Shown: positions 27,924 to 37,004 of the stretch, in pieces
How the letters are laid out: each line of letters starts with the position of its first letter
Numbering within the stretch: the stretch's first letter is position 1
NCBI GenBank assembly: GCA_019058245.1
Contig: JAHPZJ010000030.1
Coordinates: forward strand, 155,294 to 219,293
Source of the DNA: Promethearchaeota archaeon
GTDB taxonomy: Archaea; Asgardarchaeota; Lokiarchaeia; Sigyniarchaeales; SOKP01
DNA: 64,000 nt
Direction of reading: 5' to 3'
Notes under the pieces: generated by a model
What the model was told of the DNA's origin: nothing
Databases searched by the model: none
The model's input: the letters and a program-made list of their open reading frames with translations, nothing else
Translations under genes and position numbers: made by a program

Positions 27924-29073
27924 TCTATTGCCAACTATAGAACTAATAAACGTTACAAAAACTTTTAATGAAGGTAAGGTTCTAGCTGTTGATAATATCT
28001 CTGTGAAAATTGAGCATGGGGAATATGTTTTTTTGATAGGACCTACTGGATGTGGGAAAACCACAACACTTAGAATGATTGCGGGACTTGAAGATCCTAC
28101 TAAAGGTAAATTTTTGATTGATGGAAAAGACGTTAAAGGCATCCCACCAGAAGATAGAGATATGGGTTTTATTTTTCAACATTTTGAAATTTTTGATCAT
28201 TTGACTATATGGGAAAATGTAACCTTTGGTTTAGAAATGCGAGGTTATAACGATAATTATATTATTAAGGAAGCTGAGAAAGCTCTCAAAACAGTTGATT
28301 TATTACAATATGCTGATGAATATCCATCAATTTTTGGAAATCCAGGTTTACAAAAATTAGGAATAGCAAGAGCAATAGCAACAGGTGCTAAAATTTTGAT
28401 TATGGATGAGCCATTAGGATCTTTAGATCCTAAAGTATCCAAAGTTTTTCGTCATGAATTAAGAAATTTAGTAAAAGATTTAGGTCTCACAGCTATACAT
28501 GTCACTCATAATCAAGAAGAAGCGATGGCTATAGCCGATAAAATTATAATTATGAGAGGAGGAAAATTACTTCAGATGGGATCTCCTTATGAGTTATATG
28601 AAAATCCAAATAGTATATTTGTTGCAAATTTTTTAGGAGAAACTAATTTTCTTCAAGGATTTGTTTTAAAATTACTTGAAAATGAAGAAATGGAGATTAG
28701 AATACGTTTAGGAGGTCCAAAATTAAAAACGCATAATTTTGGTAACAAATTTGATTTAGATGATAATATAGTAATCGCTTATCGATTTGAAGATGTATAT
28801 TTATTTCCAGAAGACTATAATTTTAAAAATAGTCAATATGATTGGTCTCAAATGGAATTATTTGAAGTAATTTTAGAAACATCAAGATTTATTGGGGCAA
28901 CAAAAAGATTTTACTTAACATTGGATAACAATGAGAAGTTTATTTCGGTAAAACCAGGAAATTTTGAGGAAAATTTCATCTCTGGAAAAAAATTGATAGT
29001 TGGAATTCACAAAGATGATATTCATGTATTTAAAGCCCCTGATAACTTATTATCTGAACTTTCTTTATCGTAG
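27889..29073 (+). CDS. ABC ATPase 1 with C-terminal regulatory (TOBE-like) extension and a degenerate signature motif
   Basis: Walker A is GPTGCGKTT, Walker B is ILIMDEP and the H-loop is HVTHN. In place of LSGGQ the sequence reads SIFGNPGLQKLGIARA (28330-28362). The listed ATG overlaps the permease by 35 nt. A TTG just after the permease stop (about 27928, MPTIELINV) is an alternative start. Confidence 0.8.
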   Translation: MHYEQYQKKEDSLLPTIELINVTKTFNEGKVLAVDNISVKIEHGEYVFLIGPTGCGKTTTLRMIAGLEDPTKGKFLIDGKDVKGIPPEDRDMGFIFQHFEIFDHLTIWENVTFGLEMRGYNDNYIIKEAEKALKTVDLLQYADEYPSIFGNPGLQKLGIARAIATGAKILIMDEPLGSLDPKVSKVFRHELRNLVKDLGLTAIHVTHNQEEAMAIADKIIIMRGGKLLQMGSPYELYENPNSIFVANFLGETNFLQGFVLKLLENEEMEIRIRLGGPKLKTHNFGNKFDLDDNIVIAYRFEDVYLFPEDYNFKNSQYDWSQMELFEVILETSRFIGATKRFYLTLDNNEKFISVKPGNFEENFISGKKLIVGIHKDDIHVFKAPDNLLSELSLS

Positions 29074-29084
29074 GTGAGAAACTA

Positions 29085-30308
29085 TTGGTAAATATTAAAC
29101 TTAAATGCATCTTTAAAAAGTTTAGAAATTTCACAGCTTTAGAAAATATTTCACTAGAGATAAAAGATAAAGAATATTTTATTATTTTAGGCCCTACTGG
29201 TGCTGGTAAAACTACTTTACTTAAACTTATTGCTGGTCTTCTTAAGCCTGATTCGGGAAAGATATTTTTCGATGAGCAGGATGTTACTAAGAAATCACCT
29301 GGAGAAAGAAATATAGGTTTTATGTTTGAAAACTATGCATTATTTCCTCATATGAATGTTGTCGAAAACATTTCTTACAGTGGAAGAGTTCATGCTAGAG
29401 ATTCTCAAACAACCAAATCATTAGTTGAACAAGTATTAATGATGACTTTATTAACAAGAAGAGACGATGCATACCCAGATGAGCTTAGTGGGGGAATGAA
29501 ACAGAGAGTTGCATTATGTCGGTCTTTACTCAATCTAGAACAAACTAAATTATTGATATTAGATGAACCTCTAAAAGCACTTGATGCCGGACTTAGAATG
29601 AGTTTAAGAAGAGAATTACTTTTAATGGCAAAATCTAAAGAATTAGGATTAACAGTAATTCATGTTACCAATGACGAAAGAGAGGCCATGATGGTAGCTG
29701 ATAGAATAGCTGTAATTAATGAAGGAAAACTTATTCAAGTAGGAAGTCCTCATGAGATATATTACCATCCAATTAATCTTTTTGTCGCAAACTTTATGAG
29801 TGAAATCAATTATTTTGATGGAATTTGTGTTAAAAATAAAAAGCTAGAATGGGATATTCACAGTAAATCTAAACAGGGGGATAAATTCTTCAATGAGATT
29901 CAAGAAGAATCTGTTCCAATGCCAATAGATATTGGTTTTGAAAATACTTTCGCAGGTTATTTAAAAGAATCATTGTATAATAAAATTCAAGATAATGATA
30001 AAGTATTATTAGTTGTTCGAACTAACCACATGAAAATTCGATTGGGTAATCGCGTCAGTGAAAAAAGAAATGCAATACTGGGAACAATACTCCGTCGTAA
30101 ATTTATGGGAGTATTTTACCGATTCGAAATACTTGCAAAGGTAGATCATAAAGATAAAGTGATTATTGTTACTAGATCAGCCACTTATGAAATCCATAAT
30201 GCATTTTTAGAGAATTCTGAGGTAACCGTATATTTTCCTAAAGAATTGGGAATAATATTTGAGCACCCAGGTGATGAAATAATAAGAGAAGTATTAAAAT
30301 TAGAATAA
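29085..30308 (+). CDS. ABC ATPase 2 with C-terminal extension and canonical motifs
   Basis: TTG start. Walker A is GPTGAGKTT, the Q-loop region is FENYALFPHM and the signature is LSGGMKQRVAL (29484 onward). Walker B is LLILDEP and the H-loop is HVTND. Confidence 0.85.
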   Translation: MVNIKLKCIFKKFRNFTALENISLEIKDKEYFIILGPTGAGKTTLLKLIAGLLKPDSGKIFFDEQDVTKKSPGERNIGFMFENYALFPHMNVVENISYSGRVHARDSQTTKSLVEQVLMMTLLTRRDDAYPDELSGGMKQRVALCRSLLNLEQTKLLILDEPLKALDAGLRMSLRRELLLMAKSKELGLTVIHVTNDEREAMMVADRIAVINEGKLIQVGSPHEIYYHPINLFVANFMSEINYFDGICVKNKKLEWDIHSKSKQGDKFFNEIQEESVPMPIDIGFENTFAGYLKESLYNKIQDNDKVLLVVRTNHMKIRLGNRVSEKRNAILGTILRRKFMGVFYRFEILAKVDHKDKVIIVTRSATYEIHNAFLENSEVTVYFPKELGIIFEHPGDEIIREVLKLE

Positions 30309-30360
30309 AAATATTAAATAATATTGAAATAAATAAGAAATTTAAAAAAAAAGAGTTCTC

Positions 30361-31044
30361 ATGAGTTCTTTAATGGAATGGTTTAAATCGCGTAATGAAG
30401 AAAACGCAATGAATTTAACATTAGTTCATACTCAGAAAGTACTTGAATGTATTGTCGAATTTGATAAAGGATTATCCTTCTTACTTGAAGAAAAAAACAT
30501 AGACCTCGCATTAAAGGTTTTTTTTAGAGTCGATGAATTAGAACATCAGGCAGATGGGATTCGAAGAAATATTCTTAACATGTTATCACAGGCAGAACTT
30601 CCATCTAAAATTCGAGAGAATTTAACGCATCTTGTTAAAAGAATTGATGATATTGCAAATGCAGCCAACACGAGTTCAAGAATTCTTATCTCTATGAATC
30701 ATAAGGATTTTATGAATTTAGGAGAGGTTATCCATAAAAATATCTTAGAAATTTCAAAAATTTCGGTAGAAGCTATTAAAAAAGTAAATCTTATGGTAAA
30801 TGAACTTTTAAAAGCAGAAGAAGAAAAAACACAACAGCTAGGGCAAGAAGTTAACCTTTTAGAACACCAATGTGATGAAAAACATTACGCAATCAGTCGA
30901 AGTTTGGTATCAAATAATCTTGATATAAATCCATTTAGTGCAATAGTGATTTATAATTGTATATCAGCTATGGAAGCTATTAGTGACAATGCTGAAGACG
31001 TTGCGGATTATATCATTATGTTGACAGTAGCAAAAAAAATGTAA
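30361..31044 (+). CDS. DUF47/TIGR00153-type PhoU-related protein (putative phosphate-transport accessory regulator)
   Basis: 227-aa helical ORF. VDELEHQADGIRRNI and the C-terminal IYNCISAMEAISDNAEDVADYIIML resemble B. subtilis YkaA-type DUF47 proteins (E..GD and EEI.D..EDVA motifs). Confidence 0.7.
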   Translation: MSSLMEWFKSRNEENAMNLTLVHTQKVLECIVEFDKGLSFLLEEKNIDLALKVFFRVDELEHQADGIRRNILNMLSQAELPSKIRENLTHLVKRIDDIANAANTSSRILISMNHKDFMNLGEVIHKNILEISKISVEAIKKVNLMVNELLKAEEEKTQQLGQEVNLLEHQCDEKHYAISRSLVSNNLDINPFSAIVIYNCISAMEAISDNAEDVADYIIMLTVAKKM

Positions 31045-31051
31045 TTCTAGT

Positions 31052-31660
31052 TTACATGTTTTTTTGCTTTTTTACATTATCCTTTAGAAGAATAATCGAT
31101 TCCTCTCTCGCTTTCAGAAGAGATCTCTCTTTAATTCCTGCCATTTCTTTAGAGGGTAAGATTTTTTCCTTAATTACTTTTTTAAGAAGTAGATACTCAT
31201 CTTTTCTGCTAATAAAAGGATCTACTTTTTCCTCATGAATAAGTTCTTCAATAGTTGTATTTTTTCCATTACAATTGCCTTCTGTTAGATCAAATCTAAA
31301 ATTATTATATACCAAAAAGCAATGTACCATTGGTACATAAGGAATATTATATTTTTTTAAAATTTCATTAGTTCCATTTGAGATTTCTTCCGTAAATTTG
31401 TAAACCCCTACATGCTTATAGAGGGGAATGTCAAGTTCTTCAGCCAAACCTGCAATTATTGCATGCTTAGTTGTACAAGTACCTATATTTTCTTTAAACA
31501 AAATCATCCTATCCTCATAATCGGTATTATATCCATATTCAATATTATGGACAAAATCACAGGCTTCTCTAAATGATTTAATTCCAAGATCTATAAATTT
31601 TTTTGATATTTGTCCAATAGGTTTAATTTGAACATCAGGTAAATTAGAATATGTGTCCAT
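31052..31660 (-). CDS. hypothetical protein, possible transglutaminase-like Cys-His-Asp fold
   Basis: 202-aa ORF. NIGTCTTKHAIIAGLAEELDIP (Cys), then MVHCFLVYNNFRFDLTEG (His...Asp), with the spacing seen in transglutaminase-like cores. By eye only. Confidence 0.3.
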   Translation of the reverse strand: MDTYSNLPDVQIKPIGQISKKFIDLGIKSFREACDFVHNIEYGYNTDYEDRMILFKENIGTCTTKHAIIAGLAEELDIPLYKHVGVYKFTEEISNGTNEILKKYNIPYVPMVHCFLVYNNFRFDLTEGNCNGKNTTIEELIHEEKVDPFISRKDEYLLLKKVIKEKILPSKEMAGIKERSLLKAREESIILLKDNVKKQKNM

Positions 31661-31803
31661 TATAATCTGATTGATTATTTAAATAACTTTTATTCTTATC
31701 ACTTAATTATTATTTATTAAATTAATTCCTAAAAAATATAAGTAAAATTTAAGGAGTAATTTTTTACAAATCTAGATTTTACTCACTAGAGAGAAAAAAA
31801 AAA

Positions 31804-32457
31804 TTAAGAAATCTCTTTATGTTCTCCAGTTACCATGTAATGAACTTTCTCAGCAATTTTACATGCATGATCAGCACTCCTTTCTAAAAATCGTGCAATC
31901 ATACCAAAAAAGGCACAAGATGTTATTGTTTTAGGATCTTCCATCATATATGTTAAACATTCTCTGAATATTGACCATCTCATTTTATCGATTTCATTAT
32001 CCCTCTCCTCAAATTTATCGATGTATTTAATATCCGACTCATCAAAAGCTTTAAGTGCATCTTCAATCATTAGTTTTGTATGTTCCCACATATGCTGTAA
32101 ATTTACAAATGGGGCAGGATAAGGTTGTTTTTTTGAAATTTCCTCCACAACTGATGCAATATCTTTTCCATATCTCCCTATCCTTGCAAGATAAGTAATC
32201 ATTTTTAATATTGTTGCTAACCTTCTGAGATCTATTGCCATGGGTTGATAAAGAGCTATTAATTTCAAAGCCTTCGCTTCAATATTAGCATCCATCTCTC
32301 TTATCTTATGTTTTCTTTTCTCTGTAATTTTAGCTAATTCTATATCCTGAGTAGATAACGCCTTCATTGAATCATCTAACATTCCTAAAGCTAAATTACC
32401 CATATCAAGAACTTCTTTTTTTAATTCAAAAATTTCTCTATGTAATTCTTTAGCCAT
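31804..32457 (-). CDS. phoU: phosphate signalling/transport regulator PhoU
   Basis: 217-aa two-repeat helical protein. It has LIALYQPMAIDLRRL and ARFLERSADHACKIAE motifs and is the last gene of the pst operon. Confidence 0.85.
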   Translation of the reverse strand: MAKELHREIFELKKEVLDMGNLALGMLDDSMKALSTQDIELAKITEKRKHKIREMDANIEAKALKLIALYQPMAIDLRRLATILKMITYLARIGRYGKDIASVVEEISKKQPYPAPFVNLQHMWEHTKLMIEDALKAFDESDIKYIDKFEERDNEIDKMRWSIFRECLTYMMEDPKTITSCAFFGMIARFLERSADHACKIAEKVHYMVTGEHKEIS

Positions 32458-32467
32458 AATAATTCAC

Positions 32468-33301
32468 CTAACCAAATCTTCCAGTTATATAATTTTCTGT
32501 TAATTGATTGTTTGGATTTTCGAAAATTTGCTCAGTATTTCCAAATTCTATCAATTTTCCTAAATACATAAAACCTGTATAATCACTGATTCTTGCTGCT
32601 TGTTGCATATTATGAGTTACAATTATCATTGTCCATTGTTTCTTCAACTCAAGTATTAATTCTTCTATCTTTTGTGTTGCGATTGGATCAAGTGAAGCAG
32701 TTGGTTCGTCCATTAAAAGAATTTCAGGTTCAACTGCTAAAGCTCTTGCGATACATAATCTTTGTTGCTGACCTCCTGATAATCCCATCGCAGATTCATC
32801 TAATCTATCCCGAACCTCATCCCATAAGACGGCTCTCCTAAGGTTTTTCTCTGTAATTTCAGTTAAGATTTTATCGTCAATGATTTTATGAATTTTTGGA
32901 CCATATGTAATATTATCATATACAGACATTGGAAACGGATTAGGTTTTTGAAAGATCATTCCGATTTTTTTCCTATTCAACCTTATGTCTGCATTTTTCG
33001 AATATAGATTCTCTCCTTGAAATAAGACTTCACCCTCAATTCTGCATCCCTCAATTACATCATTCATGCGATTTAGGCAACGTAGTAAGGTACTTTTTCC
33101 GCATCCCGATGGTCCAATGATTGCTGTAACTTCATTCCGTTTGAATTTCATATTTATATCCATTAAGGCTTGAGATTCTTCATACCATAGATTCAAATTT
33201 CTGCATTCAATTACAGTATCATCTTGGTACATATTTGAATCATTTAAATTGTTCTTGTGTTCAATTTCTAACTTATTTTTATTTTTACTTTTAAAGACCA
33301 A
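32468..33301 (-). CDS. pstB: phosphate ABC transporter ATP-binding protein PstB
   Basis: [52 protein letters not shown] and [12 protein letters not shown] form the classic PstB pattern. Confidence 0.9.
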   Translation of the reverse strand: MVFKSKNKNKLEIEHKNNLNDSNMYQDDTVIECRNLNLWYEESQALMDINMKFKRNEVTAIIGPSGCGKSTLLRCLNRMNDVIEGCRIEGEVLFQGENLYSKNADIRLNRKKIGMIFQKPNPFPMSVYDNITYGPKIHKIIDDKILTEITEKNLRRAVLWDEVRDRLDESAMGLSGGQQQRLCIARALAVEPEILLMDEPTASLDPIATQKIEELILELKKQWTMIIVTHNMQQAARISDYTGFMYLGKLIEFGNTEQIFENPNNQLTENYITGRFG

Positions 33302-33307
33302 AACAAA

Positions 33308-35443
33308 TCACCATTGTTTTCTTTTTTCATATCTAGATCTTATAACAAATGCTACTCCATATAATATTAATACTAGTAATAATAATGTCAAGGCTGTACC
33401 AGCAGCTTCTTCTACAGAGAATAATGCTTCAGTGAGTAATCTATATAAATGGTAAGTTAGAGCCATTACTGGTTGAAAAATAGACAAGGTAATAATATAT
33501 CTAGAAGTTGTTCTAACAGCCGTAAACATAATTGGAGCCGTTTCTCCTGCACTTCTTCCCATTCCTAAGACGGCACCTGTAACAATTCCTGGTAATGCAG
33601 CAGGTAATACAATTTTACTTATTCCCTGCCATTTACTTGATCCTAAAGCTAAACTTCCTTCTCTAAACGACGGGGGAATTGCTTTAACTGCTTCTTCTGT
33701 AGTTCTTATTATTGTAGGAAGAATCATTAGACCTAAAGTTAACATTCCTGCTATTAGTGACTTTTGTAGTCCAAAAACTACTAGAAAGAGCACAACTCCA
33801 AATAAAGCAAATACTATTGAAGGGGTACCATTTAAATTATCAATTCCAGAACGTATAATTTTTGTAACTTTGTTATCCCTTGCATATTCAGAAAGATAAA
33901 TCCCAGCACACATACCAAGGGGTAAAGCAAAAGCAATAGATCCTAAGGTAAGTTGAATAGTACCTGTGATTGCTGGGAGTATTCCTCCTTCCATTGAACT
34001 AGCCGTAAGAAAATTAGGTCGATATGAGTCTTCCATTCCAGGAATTCTTATTAATACAGGAATACCGTTAGCGATAATATAATACAAGAGTGTTCCTACA
34101 GCAATTACAGCAAATGAAGAACATAAATATACAATTATAAACCAAAATTTTTCTTGACCAACAGTAGAAATTCTTTTAAATATAAGCCTAGTTCCAATAA
34201 TTAATGCAATTACAATAACAGTTAGAAATATTCCAATCCAAGTACTAAGTACCCATCCTGCAAATAACAAAATTACTCCATATAGTATCCATTTCTTTTG
34301 ATTTTTTGGTACTATAGTATACATTTGGAAAGTTAACCCTAATCCTATACAAATTATTGCTCCGACAACTTTAGAAATCATATCAGGTAATATGATAGCT
34401 ATAAAGACAGAGATAATTAAAGCTATTAGCAAAATTCTATATTTTAAAACTTGACTATATATCTTAGATTCTTTAAGATTCACATGTTTTTCTTTTACTT
34501 TTTCTCCTGTAAATTTTCTCTGAATTCTATTTAAAATAACATTTGCAATTGTATTTACCATCAATGTCATTATAAATAATGTTATTCCTAATGCAAAATA
34601 ACTCCTCCATTCTATGCTACCAGTCTCAGTTGGTCCCAAACCTAATCCAATAGTTGAAGTAATTACCGCCACACATGAGAACATGTTTGTTAATGGTTCA
34701 GGGAAAACTTTACAATTACCGATTACTAACATCATTGCCATAGTTTCACCTAAAGCTCTACCGATACCTAAAACTAGGGCAGCTGTAATACCAGACATAC
34801 CTGCAGGTATCACTACCTTACGAATAGTTTGCCATTTTGTTGCTCCCATAGCATATGAAGCCTCTCTATAATAATCTGGAACTGCCCTGATTGAATCTTC
34901 ACAGACCGATACAATTGTAGGTAAAGCCATTATTGCTAATATTAAAGATCCTGATAACCATGTATTTCCATGATGTAAACCAAATAAATCTCTTATTATT
35001 ATATTCAAGACCACAAGACCAAAGAAACCAAAGACAATTGAAGGAATACCAGCAAGAATTTCTATGGTAAATTTAAGAACTTTCCTAAGTTTTGGTGGAG
35101 CTAACTCAGCAAGAAATATGGCAGTCATTAATCCCAGGGGTAATGCGATGATTATAGCTCCGAAAGTAACTAAAAGAGTATCAACAATGATAGGTAAAGC
35201 ACCAAAATCTCCATGCGAAGGAAGCCAATTTGTCCCTAAAAGAAATTCTGTGAGAGATACTTCAGTAAAGAAAGGGCCTCCAATCACAAATAAAAAAATT
35301 ATTATTAAAAAAACAAAAATAGTTGCAATGGAGGCAATGAAAAATAGAATTATCTTGATAAGTTTATCTCTGTCTTTTTTTAAATAAGAATAATCTTCAT
35401 CCTCTATAAACACCTCATTTTCGAAAGTAGTTTCTGTGGACAT
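33308..35443 (-). CDS. pstC-pstA: fused PstC-PstA phosphate ABC permease with an extra hydrophobic linker region
   Basis: 711-aa ORF. The N half has the PstC-type GIGRALGETMAMMLV and the C half has the PstA-type GMGRSAGETAPIMFT. About 120 aa of additional TM segments lie between them (KYRILLIALIISVFIAIIL...IVYLCSSFAVIAVGTLLYYII). Confidence 0.85.
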   Translation of the reverse strand: MSTETTFENEVFIEDEDYSYLKKDRDKLIKIILFFIASIATIFVFLIIIFLFVIGGPFFTEVSLTEFLLGTNWLPSHGDFGALPIIVDTLLVTFGAIIIALPLGLMTAIFLAELAPPKLRKVLKFTIEILAGIPSIVFGFFGLVVLNIIIRDLFGLHHGNTWLSGSLILAIMALPTIVSVCEDSIRAVPDYYREASYAMGATKWQTIRKVVIPAGMSGITAALVLGIGRALGETMAMMLVIGNCKVFPEPLTNMFSCVAVITSTIGLGLGPTETGSIEWRSYFALGITLFIMTLMVNTIANVILNRIQRKFTGEKVKEKHVNLKESKIYSQVLKYRILLIALIISVFIAIILPDMISKVVGAIICIGLGLTFQMYTIVPKNQKKWILYGVILLFAGWVLSTWIGIFLTVIVIALIIGTRLIFKRISTVGQEKFWFIIVYLCSSFAVIAVGTLLYYIIANGIPVLIRIPGMEDSYRPNFLTASSMEGGILPAITGTIQLTLGSIAFALPLGMCAGIYLSEYARDNKVTKIIRSGIDNLNGTPSIVFALFGVVLFLVVFGLQKSLIAGMLTLGLMILPTIIRTTEEAVKAIPPSFREGSLALGSSKWQGISKIVLPAALPGIVTGAVLGMGRSAGETAPIMFTAVRTTSRYIITLSIFQPVMALTYHLYRLLTEALFSVEEAAGTALTLLLLVLILYGVAFVIRSRYEKRKQW

Positions 35444-35519
35444 AGATTTGCGAAATTCTCATTTCTAGTATTTAATTTTTATAGAAGTGAAATTTAGACT
35501 TAATATATTGATAATCCTC

Positions 35520-35538
35520 ATAGAATATATTCGAATAT
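35520..35538. promoter_or_regulatory. ATAGAATATAT word overlapping two nested palindromes (GAATATATTC, ATATTCGAATAT) in the pstS/pstCA intergenic spacer
   Basis: Read directly: exact 11-mer at 35520-35530, 10-bp palindrome at 35523-35532 and 12-bp palindrome at 35527-35538. TCTATATAAAATATATAG follows. Confidence 0.3.
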
Positions 35539-35692
35539 TTACTCTATATAAAATATATAGTATTTTACAAATGGGACAAAATATCTATTTAGTGATTTAT
35601 AGAATTAAGCCTAAATTGTGTAAAAAACAAATTATCTAAAAAAAATAATAAAAAAAATAAAGAATTAAGACCTTCTTATTTAAAATGCGATT

Positions 35693-36592
35693 TTATTTCC
35701 AAATTCGGATAAACCCTTCGGCTGCTACTTCTGCTTGTCCATGTGGACCATAAACAAAATCGATAAAAGCTTTAACCCATCCAGAAGCTGGTCCATTTGT
35801 GGTCAGATGTAGAGATCTTGAAATTGGATAAGAACCATCCAATATAGTAGTTTCACTAGATGCAACTCCATTTATAGGAACTGCTATTACACTAGAATCA
35901 ACATAACCTAACCCACAATATCCAAAACCATATTGATTTGCCGCAACAGTTGTGACCATAACAATATTAGAAGCTACTTCTGTAAATCCAATAACTGAAC
36001 TTTCATATCCAGCATCATCTCCTAATTCTACATCAGTATCAGATAAAACTAATTCTTCAAATGTTGCTCTTGTTCCAGAACCATCAGCTCGGGTATGAAC
36101 ATCAATTGTCTCAGATGATAAAGAAACATCAATATCATTCCATGTATCATAAGTACCATTGTAGATTAAAAAGACCTGTTGCATAGTAAGACCATTTGTT
36201 TGTAACCATAGAGCATCTGGATTACTAGCGTCTATAATCACTGCAATACCATCTTTCGCAAACTTATAATCTGTTAAATCATTACCTGCAGTTGTATTTT
36301 CGCTCGGTTTTATATTACGGGATGACATACCAATGTCATTTTGCCCGTCAATTGTGTCAGAGATACCATCTCCAGATCCTGTACCTGAAACAGAAATATC
36401 AACATTAGAATTTATCTCCATAAAATCGGCAGCACATGCAGTTATTATAGGCTCACATGTAGTGGAACCCGTGATAATGATCGATGATGTTCCTGCTCCA
36501 GAAGGAGTGACAAGGCTAGTAACTCCCCAACCGACGAAAAACATGGCAATCATACCAACAACAGCAATAATCCATATACCATTTTTTTCCAT
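35693..36592 (-). CDS. pstS: phosphate-binding protein PstS, membrane-anchored
   Basis: 299-aa ORF with an N-terminal TM anchor. ITGSTTCEPI, SGTGSGDGI and ADGSGTRATFEE are PstS-family phosphate-binding motifs. It is the first gene of the minus-strand pst operon. Confidence 0.85.
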   Translation of the reverse strand: MEKNGIWIIAVVGMIAMFFVGWGVTSLVTPSGAGTSSIIITGSTTCEPIITACAADFMEINSNVDISVSGTGSGDGISDTIDGQNDIGMSSRNIKPSENTTAGNDLTDYKFAKDGIAVIIDASNPDALWLQTNGLTMQQVFLIYNGTYDTWNDIDVSLSSETIDVHTRADGSGTRATFEELVLSDTDVELGDDAGYESSVIGFTEVASNIVMVTTVAANQYGFGYCGLGYVDSSVIAVPINGVASSETTILDGSYPISRSLHLTTNGPASGWVKAFIDFVYGPHGQAEVAAEGFIRIWK

Positions 36593-36701
36593 TTAATTTC
36601 ACAAATTTTTATTTAAAGACTTTTTTTTTAAATTGTTTAATTAGAGGTATTACTGGGAAAATATAAGAAATCACGACATAGATTATGTAGCATTATTTAC
36701 C

Positions 36702-36715
36702 CTATATATTCTATA
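36702..36715 (-). promoter_or_regulatory. 14-mer TATAGAATATATAG (minus strand), 109 nt upstream of the pstS start
   Basis: The plus strand reads CTATATATTCTATA. It is an exact inverted copy of the 14-mer at 36880-36893. Confidence 0.35.
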
Positions 36716-36879
36716 GAGAAATTCTTTATTTGGAATCTTATTCTCGACAAATAATTATTATGAGATTAATAACCATTTTAGTCTAAATCAAAAATTCTAA
36801 CTATATAGATTAAGAGAAATACAATTTTACTTTTTTGTCAATCTTTCTACTAATTAATAAAACATAAATATAGATATAA

Positions 36880-36893
36880 TATAGAATATATAG
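36880..36893 (+). promoter_or_regulatory. 14-mer TATAGAATATATAG (plus strand), 111 nt upstream of the AbrB-PhoU start
   Basis: It is an exact copy in mirror arrangement with 36702-36715. Additional TATATAG-like words lie at 36895-36901 and 36972-36979; the latter, about 30 nt before the ATG, is a likely TATA box. Confidence 0.35.
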
Positions 36894-37004
36894 AGTATAT
36901 AGTTGAAATATAAAATTGATTAATTATTTATTCTATATAATTATTTTGCAGAAATAAAGACATTTATTAATCTATATAGATAAATTAAGAGATAAGGGAA
37001 ATTT

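Noticed and set aside
26294-28442. Minus-strand and out-of-frame ORFs (164, 70, 88, 78, 72 and 61 aa) inside the ABC permease and ATPase genes
   Set aside because: They overlap genes with unambiguous ABC motifs on the plus strand and have no motifs of their own, so they are shadow ORFs.
36593-37004. Dense TATATAG-like repeats considered as a CRISPR-like or tandem-repeat array
   Set aside because: The words are 7-14 nt, irregularly spaced and in both orientations, with no repeat-spacer periodicity. This fits promoter/operator elements in a divergent control region.
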